From the NCBI GenBank assembly GCA_012512925.1, contig JAAZDE010000101.1, forward strand, positions 7,326 to 71,325: a stretch of 64,000 nucleotides of DNA, read 5' to 3'. A program made the translations under genes and the position numbers. The first letter of the stretch is position 1; each line of letters begins with the position of its first letter. The stretch comes from Desulfuromonadaceae bacterium (GTDB lineage Bacteria > Desulfobacterota > Desulfuromonadia > Desulfuromonadales > JAAYDE01). Shown piece after piece: positions 36,161 to 46,073 of this stretch. The notes beneath the pieces are model-generated. The model saw nothing but the letters and a program-made list of their open reading frames with translations, searched no databases and had not been told where the DNA came from.

Positions 36161-38323
36161 CTACCCTCCGTTCAGTTTTTTCCCCTTTAGGTTGCCGTTG
36201 AGGGCTTTCGTGTAGAACTTGTCGATGTATTCCTTGACCATACGCCGGGCCGAAAAACGGGCGCCGGCGCTCTGGATGGTGTTTTTCATGATGCGCACCC
36301 AGCGAGTGGGAATTCCCCGGCTGGAAGCGTCGTAATAACAGGGGATGATTTCTTTTTCGAGGATGTCGTAGAGTTCCGCGGCGTCCGCCGGGTCGCGGTT
36401 GCCGCTGATTTCCCTTGCCCCGAATGACCAGCCGTTGGTTTTGTTGTACCCCTCGAGCCACCAACCGTCGGCGACGCTGCATTGGGGAACGCCGTTAAGG
36501 GCGGCTTTCATACCGCTGGTGCCGCTCGCTTCCAACGGCGGGATCGGATTGTTCAGCCAGACATCCACGCCATGGACCATGTACTGGCCGAGCTGTTCAT
36601 CATAATCCTCGACAAAGGCGATGCGGCCCGCCATTTCCGGGTCGCGGGCAATGTTGTAGATCCGCTGCAGGATGCTTTTGCCCGGTTCATCGGCGGGATG
36701 GGCCTTTCCCGCGAAGACGATTTGCACCGGGTGCCAGCGGTTTTTGACCAATCTTTTCAGCCGTTCCACGTCCTGGAGAATCAGATCGGCCCGTTTGTAG
36801 GTGGCGAAGCGGCGTGCAAAACCGAGGGTCAGGACGGTGGGATCCAACAGCGCGCCGAATGCGATGGGACAGTATTGGGCGGAGCATTCCTGAATCCACC
36901 GTTGCCGGGTCTTTTCCCGAATGAAATGGATAAGCTTGAGCTTCATCCAGTAGTGGGTGCGCCACAGTTCGTCATCGGGAATATCCTCCACCAGGTTCCA
37001 CACCAGCGGGTCATCCTGTTCATTGAGCCAGTTGGGACCCAGGTAACGGTTGTAAAGGAGGGCCATCTTGGGCTCCACCCAGAAGGGGACATGGACGCCG
37101 TTGGTGACATGGTCGATGGGGACCTCCTCCTCCGGCAGTGCCGGCCACAGACTCTTCCACATCTTTCGCGCCACTTCGCCATGTTTCTTGCTGACGCCGT
37201 TGCGGTAGTCGCAGAGACGCAGTGCAAAAGCGGTCATGTTGAATCCCGCCTGTGGTTCTTCGGGATGCAGACCCAGATTGAAAAACTGCTCGCGGGTGAT
37301 GCCGAAGGCTTTCCAGTAGGGGGCCAGATATTTTTCGATCAGTTCGTAGGAGAAGACGTCATGGCCGGCGGGAACGGGAGTATGGGTGGTGAAGACCGAG
37401 GTTCTTTTGACTCTTTCCAGTGCCTCGTCGAAACCGAGGCCGTCTTCCATGCGCCGCAGGATCCGGTCCAACAGGGCGAAGGCGGGATGCCCCTCATTGA
37501 GATGGGTGACGAAGTGGACGATGCCGAGGGTGTCGAGGAGTTTCGAGCCGCCGATGCCGAGAACGATCTCCTGGCGCAGGCGCTGTTCGCGGTCTCCCGC
37601 GTAGAGATGTGAGGAAATGCCCCGATTCCACGGGTCGTTCTGCTCGATGTCGGTGTCGAGAAGATAGAGGGTGATACGGCCGATGTCGATCCGCCAGGCG
37701 GTAAGGTAGAGGGGCGGGTCCATCAGCGGAACCTGCACCACCACCTGATTGCCGTTTTCATCGAGAACCCGGGAGATGGTGGCGGCGTCCCGGTCGAGGG
37801 GGGCTTCCATGCTCTCCTGCCAGCCGTCGGGCCGGATGCGCTGGCGCACATATCCTTTGGGGTACATGAAGCCGACCGCGACCAGCGGAAGGTGGAGATC
37901 GCTGCACTCCTTGAGGAAATCCCCGGCCAAAAAACCGAGGCCGCCGGCATAGAGGGGAAGGGAGTGGTGAAGACCATACTCGGCGGAGAAATAGGCTACC
38001 GCCTTGATGTTGGAATGGGAGCCGCCGTTCATGAAGAGGCACTTTTTCTCCTCCATGTAACGGTGGAATTTGGACATCACCAGATCGTGGTGGCGAAGAT
38101 ATTCGGGGTTGATGGCGGCCTTTTCCAGGAGGTCAGCGGAAACCTCGCCGAGCATCTTGACCGGATTGTGGCGGCTTTCCTTCCACAACTGGCGATCGAT
38201 GTTTTTGAACAGCATCCGCGCTTCGGGGTGCCAACTCCACCACAGATTGCCGGCGAGGGTTTCGAGTCCCTTCAGGCGATCGGGTATCTTGGCGAACTTC
38301 TTCTGTATGTCACTGTCCATCAT
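36161..38323 (-). CDS. glgP: Alpha-glucan (glycogen/maltodextrin) phosphorylase, GT35
   Basis: 720 aa. NLWWSWHPEA at the N-terminus, GGLGFLAGD, and the PLP-lysine motif EASGTSGMKAALNG. Confidence 0.9.
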   Translation of the reverse strand: MMDSDIQKKFAKIPDRLKGLETLAGNLWWSWHPEARMLFKNIDRQLWKESRHNPVKMLGEVSADLLEKAAINPEYLRHHDLVMSKFHRYMEEKKCLFMNGGSHSNIKAVAYFSAEYGLHHSLPLYAGGLGFLAGDFLKECSDLHLPLVAVGFMYPKGYVRQRIRPDGWQESMEAPLDRDAATISRVLDENGNQVVVQVPLMDPPLYLTAWRIDIGRITLYLLDTDIEQNDPWNRGISSHLYAGDREQRLRQEIVLGIGGSKLLDTLGIVHFVTHLNEGHPAFALLDRILRRMEDGLGFDEALERVKRTSVFTTHTPVPAGHDVFSYELIEKYLAPYWKAFGITREQFFNLGLHPEEPQAGFNMTAFALRLCDYRNGVSKKHGEVARKMWKSLWPALPEEEVPIDHVTNGVHVPFWVEPKMALLYNRYLGPNWLNEQDDPLVWNLVEDIPDDELWRTHYWMKLKLIHFIREKTRQRWIQECSAQYCPIAFGALLDPTVLTLGFARRFATYKRADLILQDVERLKRLVKNRWHPVQIVFAGKAHPADEPGKSILQRIYNIARDPEMAGRIAFVEDYDEQLGQYMVHGVDVWLNNPIPPLEASGTSGMKAALNGVPQCSVADGWWLEGYNKTNGWSFGAREISGNRDPADAAELYDILEKEIIPCYYDASSRGIPTRWVRIMKNTIQSAGARFSARRMVKEYIDKFYTKALNGNLKGKKLNGG

Positions 38324-38398
38324 GATTCTGTAACTTCCTTTCCAGAACGGCTATACTTGTCAGATATCGGCGATTAGAACCACTGAGAATAGTATGGT

Positions 38399-38426
38399 TG
38401 TCCTCCCCGGCGTCAAGGGGTTTTTG
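38399..38426 (-). promoter_or_regulatory. Sigma-70 promoter for glgP
   Basis: The minus strand reads TTGACG-16 nt-TACTAT, about 75 nt upstream of ATG 38323. Confidence 0.45.
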
Positions 38427-38555
38427 ATTTGGAAACGATTATTTATGTGCGTTATTTACGCAAAAGACGTGCCTTTCGAAAACATTTTGACAAAGAATAA
38501 CAGCCAACGAACAGGCTGCGCTAAACCTGGTTAAATCCATGGGAAGGAGAAGCGG

Positions 38556-39461
38556 ATGAAGATCGGTATGGTCGGTTTGGGGAGAATGGGGATGAATATG
38601 GGCCTGCGATTATTGCAAAAAGGCCATGGTGTGGTGGCTTTTAACCGCACCGCTGAGAAAACCCGCAAACTAATGGAGCAAGGCGCTGAGGGGAGTTTTT
38701 CCCTGGCGGAACTGGTCTCCAAACTCCCCGCGCCGAGAGTTGTCTGGCTGATGCTCCCCGCCGGAAAGGTTGTGGACGACCATATCGAAGCGCTGCGGGA
38801 CATCCTTGATCCCGGCGACATCATCGTCGAGGGGGGCAACTCCCACTACCGGGACGACATCCGCCGCGCCGAAGGGCTGAAATCGTCCGGCATCCACTAT
38901 CTGGACGCCGGGGTCAGCGGCGGCATCTGGGGGTTGCAGGTCGGTTACTGCACCATGATCGGCGGCGACTCGGAAGACGTGGTCCGCCTGGAGCCGGTCT
39001 TTCGCGACCTGGCGCCGGAGAACGGTTATCTGCATTGCGGACCGACGGGGGCCGGGCATTATGTCAAGATGATCCACAACGGCATCGAATACGGCATGAT
39101 GGAAGCTTACGGCGAAGGATTCGCCCTGCTGGAATCATCACCTTACCGCGACCACCTCGATTATGCGGCGGTGGCCGGGCTCTGGAACCAGGGGAGCGTC
39201 ATTCGCTCGTGGTTGCTCGAACTGCTGGAGAAGGCTTTCGCCGAGGATGGAAGGTTAAACGGGATCACCGGCCATGTCGAGGATTCCGGCGAGGGGAGAT
39301 GGACGGTGGACGAAGCGGTGGCCAACGGGGTGTCCGCCCCGGTCATCGCCCTGGCGCTGTTTCAACGTTTCCAGTCTCGTGACCCCAACAGCTTTGCCAA
39401 CCGGGTGTTGGCGGCCTTGCGCCGGGAGTTCGGCGGTCACGCGGTGAAAAAGGCCGAATGA
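38556..39461 (+). CDS. gnd: 6-phosphogluconate dehydrogenase, decarboxylating (short ~300-aa form)
   Basis: MKIGMVGLGRMGMNMGLRL Rossmann N-terminus, GAGHYVKMIHNGIEYG. GGAAGGAGAAG RBS. Confidence 0.9.
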   Translation: MKIGMVGLGRMGMNMGLRLLQKGHGVVAFNRTAEKTRKLMEQGAEGSFSLAELVSKLPAPRVVWLMLPAGKVVDDHIEALRDILDPGDIIVEGGNSHYRDDIRRAEGLKSSGIHYLDAGVSGGIWGLQVGYCTMIGGDSEDVVRLEPVFRDLAPENGYLHCGPTGAGHYVKMIHNGIEYGMMEAYGEGFALLESSPYRDHLDYAAVAGLWNQGSVIRSWLLELLEKAFAEDGRLNGITGHVEDSGEGRWTVDEAVANGVSAPVIALALFQRFQSRDPNSFANRVLAALRREFGGHAVKKAE

Positions 39462-39474
39462 AGGGGGCGCGGCA

Positions 39475-41037
39475 ATGACGGAAAACCAAAATAGCAGCCG
39501 CTTTGAAAAGGATGCCGGCAATTATCGTTTCTGCGATGCCCGGGCCGTGGGCCAACTTGAACCCTGCACCATCGTCATTTTCGGCGCCTCGGGGGATCTG
39601 ACCTCCCGCAAGCTGCTTCCTGCCCTTTTCCGGATGTATTGCGCCGGAGGTCTGCCTCATCCCGTCACCGTGGTTGGCTGTGCCCGCTCACGGATGGATA
39701 ACGACAAATTCCGCCGGTACCTAAAAGAGAGTGCAAAGCAGGAGACGGATTTCGATGACCATCTGTGGCAGGAGTTTGCCGCCCACCTTCATTATTTCGC
39801 CTTGAACTATGATGAAACCTCCTTCCGGCAATTGGCGGATCACTTGCGGGAACTGGATATCGTCACCGGAACCGGTGGCAACCGCCTCTTCCACCTGGCC
39901 GTTCCTCCCAGTCTCTATGGCACGATTGGCGGACTGCTCGGCGGCGCCGGCCTGAACCGCGAAAATATTGAAGGCAGCGGCTGGGCGCGGATCGTGGTGG
40001 AAAAGCCTTTCGGGAGAGATCTGGTCAGCGCGGTTCAACTCGATGAAAGCCTCCGCCGCCATTTCCATGAGAAACAGATCTTCCGCATCGACCACTATCT
40101 GGCCAAAGACACGGTGCAGAATGTGCTGATGCTGCGTTTTGCCAATGCCGTCTTTGAACCCCTGTGGAATCGGAACTTCATCGACCATGTGGGAATCATT
40201 GCCGCCGAAAGCCTGGGCATCGGCAAGCGAGCGGGGTATTATGAAGAGTCCGGGGTGATCCGCGACATGTTCCAGAATCACATGCTGCAACTGCTGGCGC
40301 TGACCGCCATGGAGCCCCCCTCCCAGTTCGAGGCGGAGCGGGTGCGCGACGAGAAGGTCAAGGTGCTGCGCTCCATCCGCCCGTTCAGTCTCAAGCCCGA
40401 CGACAATCTGGTGCTTGGCCAGTACGGGGAGGGTATCGTCGATGGAAATGCGGTGACGGGATATCGCCGGGAAGAGGGAGTGGACCCCCAATCGCTGACC
40501 CCAACCTTTGCCTTGATGCGGCTTTTCGTCGACAATTGGCGGTGGAAGGGAGTCCCCTTCTACCTGGTTTCCGGGAAGCGGCTCAAAAGCAAAGTGACAA
40601 GCATAGTGATCCAGTTCCGCGAGGTTCCTCATACCCTGTTCCAGAATATACTCGCCGCTCGGATCATCGCCAACCGTCTGGAACTATGGATCTATCCAGA
40701 GGAGGGGATTCGTCTCAGTTTCCAGGCCAAGGACCCCGGTCCCAGGCTCTGTCTGCAGACCAGGACCATGGACTTCAACTATAGGGACAACTTTGCAGGT
40801 CCCGGTTTCGACCCTTATGCCAAGATGCTTCTCGATGCCATGGCCGGCAACCAGATGCTGTTCTGGCGGCAGGATGCCGTCGAGGCCTCGTGGGAGTTGC
40901 TGACCCCCATCCTTCACGACTGTGAGGTATGCCGCGGACGCGCCACACTGCTTCATCCCTATCCGGCGGGAAGTTGGGGCCCGGAAGGGGCCTCGGCATG
41001 GGTGGAGCGGATCATTGGCTCCGGAGCAGAAAAATGA
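39475..41037 (+). CDS. zwf: Glucose-6-phosphate 1-dehydrogenase
   Basis: IFGASGDLTSRKLLPALF, the active-site motif RIDHYLAKD, and EKPFG. Confidence 0.95.
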   Translation: MTENQNSSRFEKDAGNYRFCDARAVGQLEPCTIVIFGASGDLTSRKLLPALFRMYCAGGLPHPVTVVGCARSRMDNDKFRRYLKESAKQETDFDDHLWQEFAAHLHYFALNYDETSFRQLADHLRELDIVTGTGGNRLFHLAVPPSLYGTIGGLLGGAGLNRENIEGSGWARIVVEKPFGRDLVSAVQLDESLRRHFHEKQIFRIDHYLAKDTVQNVLMLRFANAVFEPLWNRNFIDHVGIIAAESLGIGKRAGYYEESGVIRDMFQNHMLQLLALTAMEPPSQFEAERVRDEKVKVLRSIRPFSLKPDDNLVLGQYGEGIVDGNAVTGYRREEGVDPQSLTPTFALMRLFVDNWRWKGVPFYLVSGKRLKSKVTSIVIQFREVPHTLFQNILAARIIANRLELWIYPEEGIRLSFQAKDPGPRLCLQTRTMDFNYRDNFAGPGFDPYAKMLLDAMAGNQMLFWRQDAVEASWELLTPILHDCEVCRGRATLLHPYPAGSWGPEGASAWVERIIGSGAEK

Positions 41038-41807
41038 CGACCCGCATTGACTGCGTTGCCACTTTGGAGGAGAGCAGTCACCGTTGCGCCATGCAGATGA
41101 CCGAGATCGCCTGTGCCTGCATCACGGCGGCGGGGCGTTTCGCCATGGCCCTTTGCGGAGGTTCCACGCCGCGGCGCCTCTATCAAATTCTGGCCGAAGA
41201 ATCCTGTCGTTCCCGGATTGACTGGGAGCGGGTTTTCCTCTTCTGGGGGGACGAGCGCTGCGTCGCGCCCGGCCATCCGCAGAGCAATTTCCGCTTGGTC
41301 AAGGAGACGTTGCTCGACCATATTGCCATTCCTGCAGAGAATGTTTTCCCCATGCCTGGGAAGATGAGAGTTGAAGAAGCCGCCCGCCAATACGAAAAGA
41401 CCTTGCGGAAATTTTTCGGTTTTGCCGAAATGGACAGTGGGTTGCCCTGTTTCGATCTGATCCTTTTGGGGATGGGGGAGGATGGCCATTCCGCCTCTTT
41501 GTTCCCCGGTTCGGAGGTCTTGAGCGAGAGGCGTCGCTGGGTGGTGCCGGTGCTGCCGCCGTCCCGGGTATCGCCGGCCGTTCCTCGTCTCACCCTCACT
41601 CTGCCGGTCATCCAGCGGGCTGCCCACCGCTTCTTTCTGGTAGCCGGCAAGGCCAAAGAAAAGACAGCTGCGGCCGTTCTTCACCGGAAATCCCAGGCGG
41701 TCAATTATCCCGCCTTTCTCATCGATCCCCTGGGGGAGTGCCGTTGGTTTCTGAGCGAGGTCGATTGCTCGCTCTTTGCCCACATTCAAACAAAAGAGAT
41801 GACATGA
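41034..41807 (+). CDS. pgl: 6-phosphogluconolactonase
   Basis: ALCGGSTPRRLY, FWGDERCV and LLGMGEDGHSASLFPG motifs. The ATG overlaps the zwf stop (ATGA). The track start 40929 is an extension. Confidence 0.85.
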   Translation: MTTRIDCVATLEESSHRCAMQMTEIACACITAAGRFAMALCGGSTPRRLYQILAEESCRSRIDWERVFLFWGDERCVAPGHPQSNFRLVKETLLDHIAIPAENVFPMPGKMRVEEAARQYEKTLRKFFGFAEMDSGLPCFDLILLGMGEDGHSASLFPGSEVLSERRRWVVPVLPPSRVSPAVPRLTLTLPVIQRAAHRFFLVAGKAKEKTAAAVLHRKSQAVNYPAFLIDPLGECRWFLSEVDCSLFAHIQTKEMT

Positions 41808-43930
41808 AAAAGACAAAAAAAAGAACCGCGCCCCATGAGCGGCGCATTCTGCAGATGTTTGAACAGGCCTCCAGACCGCTGACCCGGAAGGATATCGGCA
41901 TCGAATTGGATATACCCAAGGCCCGCAAGGAGGAGATCGAGAACATCCTGGAGGATCTGATCGCTCAGGGAAAGCTGATCCGCATCGGCAGGGGTTACGG
42001 TCTGGTGAAAAAAATGCCGATGACACCGGGAATCCTCGAGGTGCAACGCAGCGGGGTCGGTTTTGTCCTTCCCGAAGACAAGCGCCTCAAGGATATCTTC
42101 ATTTCCCGCAGCCAGATGGGGGGCGCCTGGCATGGCGACCGGGTACTGGTTTCCATCCTTCCCCGCAGGAGGGGCAAGAACCCGGAAGGCCGCATCGTCC
42201 GCGTCGTCGAGCGCGCCCGTCCGGTCATCGCCGTCCGTGTGGTGCGTCAGGTCGGTCTGGATACCCTGCTCTGCCAGCCCACCGATCCCCGTCTCCATTT
42301 CAATGTCCTGCTGACGATCAACTCGGGGGAGGAAACTGCCAAGGTGGATGACATCGTGCTGGCGATTCCTGAGGAGGAGATTGAAAAAGGGGTCTGGTCG
42401 GCGAAAATCGACCGGGTCCTCGGCCGGGAGGAGGATGCTTCCGTCCAGGAGGCTCTGGTCAAGGTCAACTGGTCGGTTCCCACGGTTTTTCCGGAAGCGG
42501 TCGTGAATCAGGCAGAAGGGCTTCCGGATGTTCCCCAATCGGAGGATTGCAGGGAGCGGGAGGATCTCAGGGAACTTCCTTTCGTGACCATCGACGGCGC
42601 TTCCGCCCGCGATTTCGACGACGCCGTATTGGCCCGCCCCGAAAACGGGAAATGGCGCCTCTGGGTGGCCATCGCCGACGTCTCCCACTATGTCCCGCAG
42701 GGTTCCGCTTTGGACGAGGAGGCTCTGGAGCGGGGGAATTCCTACTATTTTCCCCAATCAGTGGAGCCGATGTTTCCGGAAAAGCTATCCAATGGGCTGT
42801 GCAGTCTGGTCCCGGGCGAGCCACGATTGTCGATGGTGGCTGAGATGCTTTTTTCTGCCGATGGTGATCCGGTCGAGGAACGCTTCTATCCGGCTGTAAT
42901 CCGCAGCCATGGGCGTCTCACCTATGAACAGGTGAAGCGCGTCCTTCTCGACAACGATGCCGCGGAGCAGGAGCGGCTGCGTGACCATCTGCCGATGCTG
43001 CGCGACGCCGAAAAATTAGCCCGCCGACTGCTGGCCAGGCGGGTGAAGCGGGGCGCCCTTGATTTCGATCTCCCCGAGCCGGAGATCCTAATCGATATCT
43101 GTGATCATCCCGAGGATATCCGTCCTCGTGCCCGCCATTTCGGCCATCAGATCGTTGAAGAGTTCATGCTCGCCGCCAACGAGGCGGTGGCCCGCTTTCT
43201 GGAGGGCCGCCAGGCCCGTCTGCTTTACCGCAACCATCCCGAGCCCGATCCGGACAAGCTCGACGCCCTCTTCAATCTGCTCAGAAACACCCCCTTGGGT
43301 GCCTCCCTCCCCGAACAGCGGGACGCCAAGGGGATTCAGCAGCTGTTCGCCGGCGCCCAGGGGAGTGAGATCGACTTTCTGGTCAACCGGCTGGCCCTGC
43401 GTTCCATGATGCAGGCCGAATACGCGCCGGAAAACAAAGGTCACTTCGGCCTCGCCTCCGACTGCTACTGCCATTTCACCTCGCCCATCCGCCGCTACGC
43501 CGACCTTGTGGTGCATCGTGCCCTCAAGGGGGCGTTGGGTTTTGGCTCCGGCGGCGGAACGGGGCAGAAAAAGCTCAAGGAGGTCGCCGATCAGGTCAAT
43601 GTCATGGAGAGGCGGGCGACGGGAGCCGAACGGGAGATCGTCAAGCGGCTCACTATTCTCTTTTTGAAGGACAAGGTGGGGCAGACCTTTAACGGCATCG
43701 TTTCCTCCATGGCCGACTTCGGCTTCTGGGTGGAGCTCAAGGAAGTCATGGCGGAAGGGATGGTGCCCCTGTCCAGCCTCGGTGACGATTACTACAACTA
43801 TCGGGAAAAGCAGCAGGAGATGCTTGGTGAACGCACCGGACGCCGATTCCGCCTCGGTCAAGAGCTGCGGGTGCGTCTCGAAGAGGTCAGTCTCTCCCGG
43901 ATCGAGGTTAACCTGACCCTGGCGGAGTAA
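41804..43930 (+). CDS. rnr: Ribonuclease R (RNB exoribonuclease with N-terminal HTH and C-terminal S1)
   Basis: FVTIDGASARDFDDAV, HFGLASDCYCHFTSPIRRYADLVVHR, and a C-terminal S1 domain (GIVSSMADFGFWVEL). The ATG overlaps the pgl stop (ATGA). Confidence 0.9.
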   Translation: MKKTKKRTAPHERRILQMFEQASRPLTRKDIGIELDIPKARKEEIENILEDLIAQGKLIRIGRGYGLVKKMPMTPGILEVQRSGVGFVLPEDKRLKDIFISRSQMGGAWHGDRVLVSILPRRRGKNPEGRIVRVVERARPVIAVRVVRQVGLDTLLCQPTDPRLHFNVLLTINSGEETAKVDDIVLAIPEEEIEKGVWSAKIDRVLGREEDASVQEALVKVNWSVPTVFPEAVVNQAEGLPDVPQSEDCREREDLRELPFVTIDGASARDFDDAVLARPENGKWRLWVAIADVSHYVPQGSALDEEALERGNSYYFPQSVEPMFPEKLSNGLCSLVPGEPRLSMVAEMLFSADGDPVEERFYPAVIRSHGRLTYEQVKRVLLDNDAAEQERLRDHLPMLRDAEKLARRLLARRVKRGALDFDLPEPEILIDICDHPEDIRPRARHFGHQIVEEFMLAANEAVARFLEGRQARLLYRNHPEPDPDKLDALFNLLRNTPLGASLPEQRDAKGIQQLFAGAQGSEIDFLVNRLALRSMMQAEYAPENKGHFGLASDCYCHFTSPIRRYADLVVHRALKGALGFGSGGGTGQKKLKEVADQVNVMERRATGAEREIVKRLTILFLKDKVGQTFNGIVSSMADFGFWVELKEVMAEGMVPLSSLGDDYYNYREKQQEMLGERTGRRFRLGQELRVRLEEVSLSRIEVNLTLAE

Positions 43931-44546
43931 GGGGAAGTCTTTCGGTCTGGTCACTGGGAGGGGCATGGCCGGATGGTTTCAGCTGACGGCATACGGCCCG
44001 GTGCAGTATTTCGGCGGGAAATTCGGTGCTCAGCTTGCCGAAAAATTCGCGGATCACCCGGGCATCGCCGAGAGCCCGGTGGCGGTTGCCGGTTGACAGG
44101 CCGTGGCGGTGGATGATGGTGTCGAGATTGTGCCGTGATTCTCTGGGAAAGAGGACCCGCGACAGCTTTACGGTGCAGAGGACCTGTTCCTGGAAGGCGA
44201 TCCCCATGCGATAAAATTCGTTTTTCAGGAATCCGTAGTCGAAGCGGGCGTTGTGGGCGACCAGGACCTTGCCGGCGATCAGTTCCAGGAGTTCTTCGGC
44301 CACAGCGGCGAAGGTAGGAGCTTCCGCCACCATGGCGTTGGTGATGCCGGTGAGGTTTTCGATAAAGGGGGAGAAGGTTTTCTGCGGATTGATGAGACTC
44401 GACCATTCTCGAACGGTTTCTCCCTTTTCCACCTCACAGAGGCCAATCTCGATGATCCGGTCCTGGAGAGGGGATATTCCGGTGGTTTCCAAATCGATGA
44501 AGACAAGGGTTTGGAAGGGTTTTGTTTCCGCCCGGTTACGATTCAT
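43908..44546 (-). CDS. DnaQ/epsilon-like 3'-5' exonuclease (DEDDh)
   Basis: VFIDLETTG (ExoI), LVAHNARFDYGFL (ExoII) and HRALGDARV (ExoIII). ATG 44546 follows GGAGGAAGGAAG and overlaps the upstream MFS stop (ATGA). The 3' end overlaps the rnr 3' end by 23 nt. Confidence 0.8.
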   Translation of the reverse strand: MNRNRAETKPFQTLVFIDLETTGISPLQDRIIEIGLCEVEKGETVREWSSLINPQKTFSPFIENLTGITNAMVAEAPTFAAVAEELLELIAGKVLVAHNARFDYGFLKNEFYRMGIAFQEQVLCTVKLSRVLFPRESRHNLDTIIHRHGLSTGNRHRALGDARVIREFFGKLSTEFPAEILHRAVCRQLKPSGHAPPSDQTERLPLTPPGSG

Positions 44547-45712
44547 CCAACTTCCTTCCTCCGAAAAAAGCGCTCTTTGAACCTGAGCCAGAAAATCAAT
44601 GTGGTCGTTCCCACGACACTCGCCATGATCCCCAGGACGGTTATTTTGTCTTCCCACGACAGGGAGATAATCCCCATGCTGAACGCGCCAATGGTCATAA
44701 AAGTGAAAATGATCAGGGACGAGGCGGCACCTACGTCGTGATCCACCTGTTCGATCATCAGATTATTGCTGGGGGGCCGACTCAGACCGAGGAAAAGGGT
44801 CAGCATCCACATGGGAAGAACCAGGCTCCAGTAGCTGTGGTGGGGCAGAACCAGCAACAGACAGCCGGCCGCGACAATTCCGACAAAACACGTTGTCATG
44901 ATGGCGCCTGAGGAAAACCGCCGGGACAATCTAGTGAAGAAAAAGGCGCCGATCAGTGAAGCGACGGCGTTGAAGCCGAAAAGATAGCCGAACTGCCGTT
45001 CATCCATGCCAAAACGGCCCATGTAGATCTCGGGAGCCCCGGCGATAAATCCAAAAAGGGGAAAGGTCAGAATCGACAGGGCCAACACCAGGCCGGCAAA
45101 TCGGCGGTTGCGGAATAAGCGGAAATAGACGGTCATGGCTGCTGTCGCCGACAATGGATGGAAGTGCTGCAACGGTTCGGGGATACGATATACTCCCGTC
45201 CAGGCCGCCATTCCCATAACCGCCTGGAGGACAAACACCAGCCGCCAACTGGAGTAATGAATGACCAAGCCGCCGATGACCGGTGCGCACATGGGGGCAA
45301 AGGCCATGATAATGGCGATGTAAGCCATGATTTGTTCCCGCTTCCTGGCCTCGAAAAGGTCTTTGGACATGGCCAGACTTAAAACCGACGCCGAGGCTGC
45401 CCCCGAGGCCTGAAGAATGCGTGCCGCGATCAGAGTGTAAACATTGATGGCCAAAGCACACATCAAACTGCCGACCACATAAATGGCGATCCCCACCAGC
45501 AGCGGCCGCCGCCGGCCGAACCGGTCGGAGATCGGTCCGTAAATCAACATGAACAGGCAATAGGTCAAAAAGAAGCAGATCAGGGTCAGGTTGACCACCA
45601 TCAGCGGCTGATTCCATTCCGCTTGTAATTGGGGTATGGCCGGCAGGTACATGTCGGTGGAAAGAGGCGGAAAAGCGGCCAGTAAAGCGATCAAAAATGT
45701 CATGCGAACCAT
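44543..45712 (-). CDS. MFS drug-efflux transporter, Bcr/CflA subfamily
   Basis: PPLSTDMYLPAIPQL and GPISDRFGRRRPLL are Bcr/CflA signatures. 12 hydrophobic segments are present. Confidence 0.85.
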   Translation of the reverse strand: MVRMTFLIALLAAFPPLSTDMYLPAIPQLQAEWNQPLMVVNLTLICFFLTYCLFMLIYGPISDRFGRRRPLLVGIAIYVVGSLMCALAINVYTLIAARILQASGAASASVLSLAMSKDLFEARKREQIMAYIAIIMAFAPMCAPVIGGLVIHYSSWRLVFVLQAVMGMAAWTGVYRIPEPLQHFHPLSATAAMTVYFRLFRNRRFAGLVLALSILTFPLFGFIAGAPEIYMGRFGMDERQFGYLFGFNAVASLIGAFFFTRLSRRFSSGAIMTTCFVGIVAAGCLLLVLPHHSYWSLVLPMWMLTLFLGLSRPPSNNLMIEQVDHDVGAASSLIIFTFMTIGAFSMGIISLSWEDKITVLGIMASVVGTTTLIFWLRFKERFFRRKEVG

Positions 45713-46073
45713 TTAGAGACCTGTGAATATCCTGATTGTTGAAAGGTTTTTAACCGATTCCAGCGGGGCCGCGAGAGTTCCTCTCCCGCCGCCGGGCAAG
45801 TCAGCAGGACCGGTGAGAAACCGCGGCCGACCATTGTGGTTCGGGAGAAAAGGGGGCAAGAGAACAGGCGCCAAGTCAAGACAGGCTTATCAAATCCGGC
45901 GCAAGCATGGAGTATCAGCACCGGCTGCCGCCGCTGCTTTTTCCATATCCGCCGCATGCCGGGCAAAATCAAATGTGAAGCCGCCTGAACCTTACCGGTA
46001 CAAGCGGCTTTGTTCCCATGGCTGGTTTCAAAAAAGTCCTTAATTCGCCGGGAAGGGACCGATATTTTGTGTT

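Noticed and set aside
45713-46073. Possible riboswitch (guanidine-I/ykkC-like) in the 360-nt leader of the Bcr/CflA efflux gene. The minus strand contains GCCCGGCGGCGGGAGAG and ACCGGUCC.
   Set aside because: The resemblance covers fragments only. The strongly conserved GGUCCGAGAG and ACGGCGGGA...GCCCGGGAGA blocks are not present in the right order or spacing. An Infernal scan would be needed, so I make no claim.
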